A stretch of 64,000 nt of DNA from Octopus sinensis (lineage: Eukaryota): contig NC_042997.1 of NCBI RefSeq assembly GCF_006345805.1, positions 169,136,001-169,200,000 of the forward strand. Reading direction: 5' to 3'. Positions 50,916-62,510 of the stretch are shown piece by piece. The notes beneath the pieces are model-generated. The model was not told the origin of the DNA, ran no database searches, and was given only the letters and a program-made list of their open reading frames with translations. Position 1 is the stretch's first letter. Each line of letters starts with the position of its first letter. The position numbers and the translations under genes are program-made.

Positions 50916-52699
50916 ATTGGTGGGACAAGCAGGATGATTGGAACTCAATACATGCATCTAAATAATAATTATTATTTTTGATTGGCAGAAAATTACTAAA
51001 GTAATTCATGGACCGAGAATTTCGTGTGTCGGACTTGTGAAAACTTTCGTCCCTTGATTCAATTACATAACTTTCTGCCGATTAAAATTAATAACAATAA
51101 TAATATATAAGTATAGGTATGTCTATAGATTTTACATAAAATCGTGAAAATGGCTGAACTATTTCAATTTTGCAACAGATGCAAATATTTGAAATACACG
51201 TACTATACATGTTTTTTTTTTGTTTATTTTTGTTAAGGATAAACAACCGAGTGAATAGCTGAGTGAACATGGGTGAGGAAACGGAAAATCCAGTGGATAT
51301 AGGCTCAATACCAAAATTTCTTGTAGTGCAGTTAACATTAGTCGTTTCCTCCCTTAACCGTGTTTACACTTTAGGGGATCTAAATTTACGGACTTATCCA
51401 ACTCAAACATGGATCTCAGCATACGTATATCAGACCATAACAAAATACCACCCCACAAAAAACAAAAAAAAAAGAAAGAAAAAAGAGCGAGAAAAAAATC
51501 ATAAATCTGTACCAGAAAATAACCATGGCCAACAACAAGATCGACAATTTCCGATAACCGAAGATTTGTAAGATTACAAGATCATCGACCTAAACTTACT
51601 GATTTGTCAAATATATCGTACAAAAGGGGGTTTGGATTCAGTCTTTAGTCTGTCAAAAAGCGGTGGTACATAATAGCTAATGAGATTTTAAAGGTATGTT
51701 ACATATATGTATTTATTAACGGAGAAATTATTAAATAACACATATTATAAAATGAAAATGTGATTAAGGTGTAAATTATCAAGTAACTCGATCCATTTAT
51801 TGCGAATCAAATCACGAATAACATAAGAATCAAGTTCATAAATTTCGAGTCAACTTTGTTACGAAGCTGACGTGGTGAGACCAAGTCCAACAAATTATGA
51901 TGAAAGATTATTTCTTCTTATTCAATTGTATACAAGTGGATCTACTCCATAATTTTTGCTAGTTTTTATGGGACTCCCTAAAATTTCTCAAAATAGTTCA
52001 TTTTTATTTGTAGATAAGGTAAAAGAAAAACTGTAAAACAAATATATTAGCTATAGGTTAGTAAAATCAGTAATTATCTTGTTTACTTGTCATTCCCCTC
52101 GCTATACAAAAATTAGAACTGTATGAACTAAAGACAATATTATAACATATAAGTAATCAGTAAGAACAAAAATGATTTGTAGGTGAGAGATAAGAAATGA
52201 GAGGAAAATTAGCACATAAACAAGTTCTATTTTTCTCTTGGAAATACCAACAAGTCGCCATATCAACCTAGTGTTAGAAAACAGACAATTTCAATCGGAA
52301 TTAATGGTCATTATCATTTGGAACAAAAATTAATGATGTTCCGTTTTGTAGGTTGTCACGTAAGTTATTTCATCAACTACACTTGGAAATGTCAATCATT
52401 GACAAACTAGGTAAATTTTTTTTTAATATTTTAATTATGAAATAACCAATAAGGGAAAATACGAAGAATTTAATGGCACAGTGTTAATAGATGTGGGTAC
52501 ATCAAACGTTTTACCGAAACTTATACGGGGAGAATTTACATTAAACACCATAGATGTCTTATCAATAAATGTAAAAGAAAATAATAAAATAAAACAAAAT
52601 ACAAACGTGTAATGAGGTATTCCCAAATGGAGAAAAAAAAATGGACAGTTTAAGAGATTGGTAGAGTTTACTTCAGCTGTCTCACCTCAACTTAATAAG

Positions 52700-53150
52700 G
52701 GATCTAAGACAAGAGTATCATCATTATGGGATAAGGGAACTCGAAGTAAGGAGATTACTTACTGCGAATGAACTTCGGGCGCCGTCGTGGGTACAAATAC
52801 GGACCGGTTAGTTAAAAATTCACTGTGAAGTTCTCAGAAGCACCAGAGGGTGTCTCCGTCAACCAGTTGGCTCGCCTATCGGTTCCAAAGCTTACGTGGT
52901 GAAAGTAGGAGTGGGACACGCCGGAACCTTGTTTTTGCGGTTGCACATGCGCGATGCAGACGACGTGGCACTACTTCCTCCCCACTTACCAGATTCCGGC
53001 ATGCATTGCCAACAGCTGGCTGCTACCGGTGCTGGGTGTGTGTGTGTGCGTCAGCAACATTGCTTCCGTTTTCCAAAACCTATTATTAAACACGAACAGC
53101 CACCGCCCTCTCATAAAACGACTCTAAATAAAGAATAACAGAGAGAAATC
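52700..53150 (-). promoter_or_regulatory. CpG-rich promoter / first-exon region of a second minus-strand gene
   Basis: GC/CpG-rich island with ETS-like CGGAAGC (~53062-53068) and NRF1-like GCACATGCGC (~52942). Minus-strand donors gtaagt (52984-52989), gtaagc (52890-52895) and gtaagt (52757-52762). Confidence 0.55.
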
Positions 53151-54869
53151 TGAATTTTGATTCCAGGCAGTTGTTATAGGCCCAAGCGATACAGATATCT
53201 TTGGTTATCCAAAAAGATATTCGGTTTACATCTTGATTTAGAAATGTCTAATACTAAAGTTGAGTGGAACTGAAATTCCATCTCTGACGTAGGAAATCTA
53301 ATAACTGGTGATATAAAGTTTTATTAAATTATGCTAAAATCACTTCCGAAGGTTTTCAAATTATGCAACGACACGATCTTTTTTTGGTGAAAGTATTTGT
53401 ATCTGCTTCCATTCAACTTGTATGTACAACAGGGGTCTGGGGTATACCTACACACTTGTGTCCCCATTATCACCATGACTTTGTTTCCTCCTAACTTGCA
53501 GAAACATGGATATTTTCTATAAGTACCTTTCAGATGATATAGATTCTGATTACATCGGAATTTAATGTGGACAGACAAAAAAAATTATGGGCGCGCCCAC
53601 ATACTGACACGCATCACATAATAAATTAAACATGGAATTTTGAAAAAATAATGCGATCTATAATTATATATGTGTGCACTACCACCATTTTTTTCTTCTT
53701 TTTTCACATTAAATTCCGATATCGTAATTTACACCGTCTGAAACGAATTTGTAGAAAATTTTTTTTGAAAGTTATGAGGAAACAAAGTCGGGATGGAGGC
53801 ACATTCATGTAGTTATGCCAGAGTCAGGAATCCTTGCTTCTTTAGAGATATTTTTGTGTATTTCAAAAAATATTAATCATGCTGACGAGTTGTAATATGC
53901 TTTTACTAAAACTATTTAGTCCTAGTGAGTTCTCTTAACAAGAACGTTTGAGAATTTTTAAAACTTGAGGCCTTAAAGAGAGAAAAGGTGCTTCCTTTTT
54001 TTTTTTACATAACTAATTTGGTGGGTATTTCTTTAAACGATTTTTCCAAAACTGTAAATTGTATAAATTCTAATGCAAGGAAATTTTGTTGAATGCCCCA
54101 GATCAGATATTCAGATATATGTTATTTTATTTTAGTTTATTTTATTTATTTATTATTTTTCAAATAGTGTAGTCCCCGTTTGGAATGAACTTCCAGAACA
54201 TCTACTAATAACAAAAGTTTTGTTTTTTTTTTCCATAAGGACTTAAATAATATAAAATACAAGGTAATTTTCCCAAGAGTTGGCTTCTCGAAGGCAAATA
54301 ATGGTTGTCTTTTCTTTTGATGTATGGATATCTTGTTACAATTATGCTTGATTTAAATACAATGTAAAAAATATTTTATTCAGTTTTTCTGTGCTATTAA
54401 TCACTTGACAAATGTGAGCAGGAAATTCTGATTATATTGAAATTTAATAGGGACAAGAAATAGTGGACGCATGCACCAACTGACATGCATCACACATATA
54501 TATATATATATATATATATCATCATCATCATCGTTTAACGTCCGCTTTCCATGCTAGCGTGGGTTGGACGATTTGATTGAGGGCTGGCAAACCAGATGGC
54601 TGCACCAGCCTTCAATCTTGATCTGGCAGAGCTTCTACTGCTGGATGCCCTTTCTAACGCCAACCACTCCGAGAGTGTAGTGGGTGCTTTTACGTGCCAG
54701 TCAGGCGGTACTGGCAACGACCTCGCTCGAATCTTTTACACATGCCACTGGCACAGGTGCCAGTAAGGCGATGCTGGTAACAATCATACTCGAATGGTGC
54801 CTTTTACGTGTCACCGGCATGGAGGCCAGATAGCCGCTCTAGCAACAATCACACTCGAATATATATATA

Positions 54870-55060
54870 GGAAGAGTTCACGAAAAAATAAAAGACAAAG
54901 ATAGGTGGTGTAGAAAGCAAACAGATGTATTAGTATAATGCTCAGGAATTGAAAAAGTCTTTTACGTTTTGAGCCTACACTCTTCTACAGAAAGGGACAC
55001 AGAAAAAAAACAAGGAGAGAAAAAAAATGTGTAGTGGCTACCAATCTATCATGGCGACTC
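54870..55060 (-). mobile_element. Probable Penelope-like element terminal-repeat fragment between (TA)n tracts
   Basis: T-rich ~190-bp block containing a hammerhead-like arrangement at 54957-54998. The Penelope assignment is an inference from that motif. Confidence 0.4.
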
Positions 55061-55071
55061 ATATATATATG

Positions 55072-55388
55072 TAAAGGGTAAAGACCCCCTTCAGTCATGA
55101 GTGACCATGGGTTTGCACCTAGAGAGTTACCCTCTGAGGCACAAGTCTGGGTAAGGTTGTTTTATGGAAGACCAGCAGTCACCCATGCATACCGGCCTCC
55201 CCTCTCCACGCCACCAGTGTTATCCAAGGGAAAGACAAAGGTCGATACAGCTTGGCACCTGTGACGTCGCAACTCATTTCTACAGCTGAGTGAACTGGAG
55301 CAACGTGAAATAAAGTGTCTTGCTCAAGAACACAACACGCAGCCCGGTCCGGGATTCGAGCTCACAACCTCACGATCGTAAGCTCTAC
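55072..55388 (-). mobile_element. tRNA-derived SINE, a further family
   Basis: Minus-strand B-box-like GAGCTCGAATCCC, central GTGTTCTTGAGCAAGACACTT block, TTTACCC tail. Confidence 0.7.
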
Positions 55389-56169
55389 AAAATTAAACAT
55401 GAAATTATGTAATGTGTCAGTATATATGTGTGAGCCTAGCTTTTTTTTTCTTTTTTTCTTAAATTAAATTCTTATATAATCTACACGATTAGAAAAGTAT
55501 TTGTAGAAAATTTCATTAAAAAAAATATGAATATTTTTGTGCAAGTTATGAGGGAAAAGAGTTGGGGTGGAGGCCCAAGGTGCAATGCAGTGAGACTGAA
55601 CCCAAAACCATAAGATATTTTTGTAATTGTTTTAAATCGTGATTTTCTGTGACTGAATATACCACCACCACAAAATTTCAGGACTTTGATGCACATTAGA
55701 AACTGGATTGGCAGAATTATTAGAGCCTTGGACAAATGTTTCACAGTATTTGTCCTATCGCCCAACATTTTGAATTCAGATCCTGCCTTTCATTTTTTTC
55801 AGGGTAGATAAAATAAAGTGCCTATCTAAGGCACTAAGGTCAAAGATATTATCTGATCTCTCCCACCAAAACTGCTGGCCTTGTACCCACCTGTTATTAA
55901 TAACTATGAAAATGCAAACCATGAAAATAAAAACAACACACCTGTCAATGTAATGATGACATCACCAGCATTAACACTAGAATAATAGTGAAAACATTGC
56001 AACAAACAAATCCACTAGAAGCAGTTTTTCTGACATGATATGGTCAATATCTTTAAGCATTTTAGAAAATGTCCATCAAGAGACCAATTGAAAAATTATC
56101 ATATATAGATGTAATGGAGTGAGAAGCAGAAAAATGGAACAACCAAAGTAGTAACAAAATATATTTCTT

Positions 56170-56380
56170 TACTACTCACAAGGGGCTAAACACAGAGGGG
56201 ACAAACGGATTAAGTTGATTACATCGACCCCAGTGCATAACTGGTACTTATTTATCGACCCTGAAAGGATGAAAGGCAAAGTCAACCTCGGCGGAATTTG
56301 AACCCATAACTTAACAGCAGACGAAATACGGCTACGCATTTCGCCCGGCGTGCTAACGTTTCTGCCAGCTCGCCGCCTCA
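56170..56380 (-). mobile_element. tRNA-derived SINE, family B
   Basis: Minus strand GGCGGCGAGCTGGCAGAAACGTTAGCACGCCGGGCGAAATGC...GGTTCAAATTCCGCCGAGG. Other copies at ~8275-8440, 19060-19285, 23780-23960, 31925-32135 and 55730-55890. Confidence 0.8.
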
Positions 56381-56784
56381 AAATAAAAGTGTCGCAGGTC
56401 AAACTGGGGCATCAAAATATTCCTGGGATAGGAGGTGGAAGATTCAGTATAGTAGAGCTGAGAATGAAGCCAGGAAGCACTCTATATCACCCCTAAAGAG
56501 TGGTGAACTGGGCCATATACCAATCTACTTTAGTTGGTGGGTATCAGTTTTATTTGAAATAGAGGGTAAAAGTACCATATTGCAGGTCCACAGATTGTAG
56601 AAGAAAAATTGTTTGGGTCAAGGGATGGAGTTATTGATCCAGATAGATCAAGAAAATTTGGAAGCTCTTCTAGACTTGCTTCAAGTTGTCAGGTGCCTTA
56701 CAATTGTTCATGATGGTCGATAGTGGAAAGCCAAGGTGTCACTTAAGTGGTGACAAAAATCATTAAATTGTTTACTGTCAACAG

Positions 56785-57408
56785 CAAGGGAGAGGAAAAG
56801 AAAGATCCACTACTGCTATCGATGCTGTCACTACGGCAGCAACAACAGTGGTTAGGGCAGCGGACTCGCGGTCAGAGGATCACGGTTTCGATCCCCAGAC
56901 AGGGCGTTGTGTGTGCTTATTGAGCAAAAACACCTAAAGCTCCACGAGGCTCCAGCAGGGGGGAGGGGCGACCCCTGTTGTACTCTTTCGCTCCAACTTT
57001 CTCTCACTCTTTCTTGTCCCCGACTTCCTACGCAACTGCTGAACCTGGATGTGCATTCATCCATCCATCCATGCTTTCGGTGTCGGGGGTTGACCTGCTT
57101 TCTCTTCTGTGGGTCTTATGAATAGCGAAGGACCATGTTTCGGACTTCTCCCACTGGGAGCTCTGGGACGAAGAACAATCACTCAACAAACAAACAAGCA
57201 GCAACAACAAAACAGTAGCATGTGGTCACAACAACTGAAAAAGTAACAATGGCAGCAACAGTGAAATTAGCAACCACAAAAGAAGTAGTAACAGTAATAA
57301 CAACAACACCAACTGAGGAGGCAACAAAAAAAGAACTGCCTTCAAGGACCACCAACAATAACAGAACAAAAGGACAAACACGCCCACTCCCCACTTTGAA
57401 CCAATCAG
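56785..57408 (+). pseudogene. Possible disrupted Thr-rich exon (SINE insertion plus in-frame stop)
   Basis: Acceptor ttgtttactgtcaacag| and donor TCAG|gtatgt. The same frame continues on both sides of the SINE, with a TAG at 57216-57218. Confidence 0.25.
56848..57197 (+). mobile_element. Family C SINE with 12-bp target-site duplication
   Basis: Same head as 32180-32490 but 5'-truncated; (CAAA)n tail; TSD GCAGCAACAACA at 56836-56847 and 57198-57209. Confidence 0.8.
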
Positions 57409-59239
57409 GTATGTCATGTGACAAAGATATTAAGAAAGAGCTCAAAATGACAGAAAGTGATCAACAATCAAAAAACACACCTACTGGTTCAATATTTAAT
57501 AGTCATGAGTAAACTGTAACCCACTGTACATTGTGAATGGCATGTCAACAAAAAAAAACGACCTTGAATTTTTTAGTAGTGTGGCCCACCTGATGATGAG
57601 TCACGTCTTTTTGAAAGGTTGCCATACCTGCTGTAAAGGAATAAACCTTGATTAAATATTCAGTGTTTGTTACTTTACATCTCCAATGATCAGGTCGACT
57701 ACATTTGCTCATACAAATAAGAAAACAATCTTGGTGAAACATATGAAATATACTGATAGGAGCAGGTATGGTTGTGTAATAAAGAAGCTTTTTATGCAAC
57801 CGCGTAGCTTTGGGTTCACTCCTATTTGGGCAAGCATCTTCGGCTATAGCTCCAGCCTTACCAATGCTTTGTGAGTAAATTTGGTCGACAGAAATTGTGT
57901 GGAAGCCCATTATATCTACCATCTCTCTCCTGCTCCCCTTTGCATTCTTGCTGTCTTTCACTCTCTCTCTTTCCCTTGTTTTTCCCTCTGGCTGGGTGAC
58001 CATGTATCTCCTCTAATCCTTGACCCCCTCCCTCTCTCTCCTTTTCTTGCTCTTCCCTCTGGCTGGGTAACCATGTATCTCCTTTACAACAGCACATCTG
58101 TTTCTGTTCCCATTCTTGTTAACTCTCTCTCTCTCTCTTTCTCTCTAGTTGGGTAGCCATGTACCTCCTCTACAGCATGACAGCAGAAATCTGGTACAGT
58201 CTTCTGCCTGGGCCAGCTCCTGTCAAACCATCCAACCCATGCAAGCATGGGAGGCAGACATTAAATGATGATGTGTGTGTATTTGTGTCAGTGTTTGCGA
58301 GCCCTTCTCCCTGACAACCTCTGTTGGTTTGTTTCATATCCTAATAGTTCAGCAAAAGAACAAAAAAAAAAAACAGAAAGAAGTTCCAGGGTCAATTCCT
58401 CCAACTAAAACTTTTCAAGGCAGTGCCCCAGCATGGCCACAACCAATGATTGAAAAAAGATATCATTCTGCTAGCAACAACTAAGTTAGTTGTAACTATC
58501 TATTTATGTAGTCAACTTTGTCTTTCATCCTTTTGGTGGGTGATGAAATAAAAACCAGTTGAGAACTGGCGATGATGTAAAACCCCTCCTCAAAATTTTA
58601 GGCCTATTATCATTAATATCATTTATACCAGGCCATTAGAAATAACATGACAGTAAACTATATTTCATAAAATTTTGGGTACCAGTGCTATTTTCCTTTG
58701 ATCTTTGGCAAAGATTGAACTTATACTCTAACCCTAATTAGAGTAATAGATTATCAAAACCATATACTTTCAGGCATGATGCAAAACAGCACAAATGATT
58801 GATTTGGGGAAAAGAAAATTCTCTTTTTTTTCACAAAAATCAGCAGCAAGATCCAATCAAATAGAGTACTAGATTTGATGTTTTACCTTCTTTAATTCAA
58901 AGCCTCCACTGTTCAGAGATCAAATCTCACAGAAATTAGCTTTGTCTTCACATTCTTTTTGAGGTCAATAAAATATATGAAGTGTGAAATAGTTTTAATT
59001 ACTTATAATTATGGATTTCTTGTGCAAATCTGTTTGAGAGATAAATCAGATACAGGATTTCAGATGTATCTTAGTTTTATAGCCAGTCATCATTATCGTG
59101 AGGAATTTAGTATTTGAGACATGTGATTCCTAGTTTAAATACAGCAAAATTAAGTCACTGTAACATCCAGGATCTTTCCAAAGCCTCACTTATCTATCAC
59201 CTCATCCTTGATGTATTTCTCTATCTATTTTTGAGTCAG

Positions 59240-59895
59240 AAATCAGGTGTGGCGTGCAAGAGAGACCACTGCACTGGTATGCTTATGTGTTACATATGGA
59301 TGAGGACAGCTGTGTAAAGAAGTGCCAATCTCTAACTGTGGAAGGAACTTGTGGAAGAGGTAGACCCAGGAAGACCTGGGATGAGGTGGTGAAGCACGAC
59401 CTTCAAACATTGGGCCTCACTGAGGCAATGACAAGTGACTGAGACCTTTGGAGATACGCTGAGAAGACCCAGCAAGCTAAGTGAGATCGTAGCCAGTTTA
59501 ACCGGCCCATTTAAGAGTTTCCTTCAATTGTCAAGCAATGTGCTGAGCTATTAAGTCAAGTAAAATAGCTGTCATGGCCAATGCCAGTGCCGCCTGACTG
59601 ACACCCATGCTGGTGGCACGTAAAAAGCACCATATGTGTGTGGTCAATGCCAGTGCTGCCTGACTGACTCCTGTGCTGGTGGCATGTAAAAGGCATCATT
59701 CAAGCATAGCTGATGCCAGTACCACCTGACTGGCACATAAAAAGCACCCACTACACTCTCAGAATGGTAAGCGTTAGGAAGGACATCCAGCTGTAGAAAC
59801 CTTGCCACATCAGATTGGAGCCTGGTGCAGCCTCTTGGCTTGCCAGTCCTCAGTCAAACCATCCAACCAATGCTAACATTAAACGACGATGATGA
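59240..59895 (+). mobile_element. RTE LINE 3' fragment
   Basis: ORF 59254-59442 HMDEDSCVKKCQSLTVEGTCGRGRPRKTWDEVVKHDL; 3'UTR with repeated modules; gatgatgat tail. Confidence 0.85.
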
Positions 59896-61061
59896 TGCTG
59901 ATGAAATCATCATCATCAATCATTTTAGCATCCAATTTTCCAGGCTTGCATGGGTCAGATGGGATTGAAGCATATTTTCTATGGGTAGATGCCCTTCCTG
60001 TTGTCAATCCTTTTGTTTCTAAGCAAGGTAATATTTCCTCAAGGTCAGATATGTTTACACATGCAAAACATTGGAAATGAATGACACTGCATATTGACAG
60101 TGATATATACTCACAACTATCACAAAATGTCAAGACATGCACACACACACACACACACACACATATATACAATGGGCATCTTTCAGTTTCTGTCTACTAA
60201 ATCCATTCACAAGGCTTTTGTCAGTCTAGGGCCATAGTAGAAGATATTTGTCCAATGTGCCATGCAGTAGGACTGAACCTGAAACCATGTGGTTGAGGAG
60301 CAAATTTTTTAACCACACAGCCACACATGTGCCTAGTCACTACAATACAAACCAACTTCTAACTTGCCTTACTTTTGTCTTGAGCCTCTTCTTCTAAATT
60401 CACTCAATAAAAAAGCAAAGTATACATAGTTCCACACTGGATTTGAACTCGGAACCTTCATTTTTAAAGTAAAGGATACAGTCCAAAGGTTATAATCTTA
60501 TAACAACCAAGACGGTCAGATGGCAAAACCTGTAGAGCAGCAGATTAAATAAACTTATAGTATTTGGTTATGTACCTTTACATTCTAAGTTCAAACCCCA
60601 TGCAGATACACTTGATAAAAATAAATACCAGTTGATAAGACAAGTACTTAAGTGTAAGTGACTAGAATGCTGAGACCCAATATGATAGAATATAACCTAT
60701 ATTGACACTTTATTCCCATTTAGTAACTCACTGAAACTAAATGGAATGGTCACGACTGGAATGCCTTTCATTATATAGGTGTGCTCAATGAGAGCTGACT
60801 TGGAGATGAACAAAACAACTCACATATAGATCCAATTTTCAGCCAAATAAAGGTCTTAAAATTATCTGAATGAATAAAATACTGAAAGGCTTATACTAAT
60901 CTTATTAACGACAACAACGTTCCCCTCAAAATGTAAACTACTCTTTCCCTCACATATTCCAATTCTTCTCATACTACAAAGAAATATAATATAATGGACC
61001 TTAATCCTTTCACATATGCTACTAATCTATAATTGATATAAGTAAATATCAATATTTCTTA

Positions 61062-61275
61062 CCTCATACATGTTTACAAAGCAAAACAAATCAGGGTGTG
61101 AATCTACTCAGATCCTGTCAGCTTTGATATAACTAAACTTATTCATCTACATAAAGGAGTATGAGTTAGGAAGATGTTTTCTTACTCATATGTGTAAATA
61201 TTAAGTTTGGCTATATCAAGGCTGACAGAATCCAAGTAGATTGACACTCTGATATTTTGTTTTGTATGTATGAGG
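61062..61275. repeat. ~215-bp imperfect hairpin / MITE-like element
   Basis: TA|CCTCATAC...GTATGAGG|TA. Arms pair over most of the length. Confidence 0.65.
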
Positions 61276-61277
61276 TA

Positions 61278-61791
61278 CTGTAAATCCTTGAGTATAGTCC
61301 ACCCTTGAGTATAATATGCAGGGGATTTTTAGGAGGCTGTATCTCTGAAAAACTTAAACCTTGTGCATAATACGCACCCCTTTTCTAACTTGAGTTAAGG
61401 AGGTCTATATAACGTACTTGGTTTGTAAAAAATGTATACAGTAACGTCCTTTATTATTATTGTATATATAACATAATGCAAACATGTAGCTTTTTTGTGC
61501 ATTTTGTTTGCAGAAAATAAAGAAATAACAGTAATAACGTTTAATAAATGTTGCTTACTGCAAGTTATGGATGATTCTTTTATGACTTCATTGCTTTCAG
61601 GCTTAGCTTAAGGTATTTTCACGCCTGACATCAACAAAATGCATCTGAATAAACATTGTTGGACAGCAAATAGAGACTAGGACATTGCTTAGAAAATAAT
61701 TTTCATTTTTAACCTCGTATATAGTACGCACTAGGGATTTTGACCTTTAAATTTTGGGGGAAAAAATGCGGATTATACTGAGGATTTACGG
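61278..61791. mobile_element. Tc1/mariner-superfamily (pogo/Tigger-like) MITE, copy 2
   Basis: TA|CTGTAAATCCTTGAGTATAGTCC...GGATTATACTGAGGATTTACGG|TA; collinear with 9904-10415 along its length. Confidence 0.8.
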
Positions 61792-62336
61792 TACATTCCA
61801 AGAGTTCCATGACTTTTTTTAGGAGAAGCAGTTATAACAGTCCTAGATTGTTGTTATTTTCATATATCATTACTATATATTTAATAACCTGACTTGCCAA
61901 TTTTTGTTATTCCAAATTGAAGGAGACAGCTGTAACAGCACTCTCAATACACCCTACTAAACACTTCTTGTCACAACTGATTAGTTTGCAGAATACAGCC
62001 GAGATATTTGGAAACTCACTGTGCAGTAAAGTTGTGTTAAACTGGGCAAAAATGCTACAGAAACTTATGAAATGCTCTAGACTGTATATGGATTAACTTT
62101 TTTACTGGTACAAGAGATTCAAGGATGGTAGAGAAGAGGTGAGAGACAATGAGAGGTGTGGAGGGAGAGGGACGTCAGAACATAAGAGCTGGTCGAAAAA
62201 ATTTGCAATTTTCTAGATGAAGTGTGTTGTGTGGCTATAAAGACAATAAGCATACAGTTTGGAGTTAGTGTGGCAATTGTAAAAGAAAATTATTCATGAA
62301 GGTCTGAACGTATGCAAAATGTGTGCAAAGTTTATA

Positions 62337-62500
62337 GGCGCAGGAGTGGCTGTGTGGTAAGTAGCTTGCTTACCAACCACATAGTTCCAGGTTCAGTCCC
62401 ACTGCATGGCACCTTGGGCAAATGTCTTCTACTATAGCCTTGGGCCGACCAAAGCCTTGTGAGTGGATTTGGTAGACGGAAACTGAAAGAAGCCCGTCGT
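62337..62500 (+). mobile_element. tRNA-derived SINE, family A (head half)
   Basis: GGCGCAGGAGTGGCTGTGTGGTAAG...GAAAGAAGCCCGTCGT followed by (TA)n. Confidence 0.8.
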
Positions 62501-62510
62501 ATATATATAT

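Noticed and set aside
57090-57175. Hammerhead-like fragments (CCGAAAC..GTC; CTTATGA..GAAG) in the family C SINE tail
   Set aside because: I could not assemble a complete CUGANGA core with three pairing stems on either strand.
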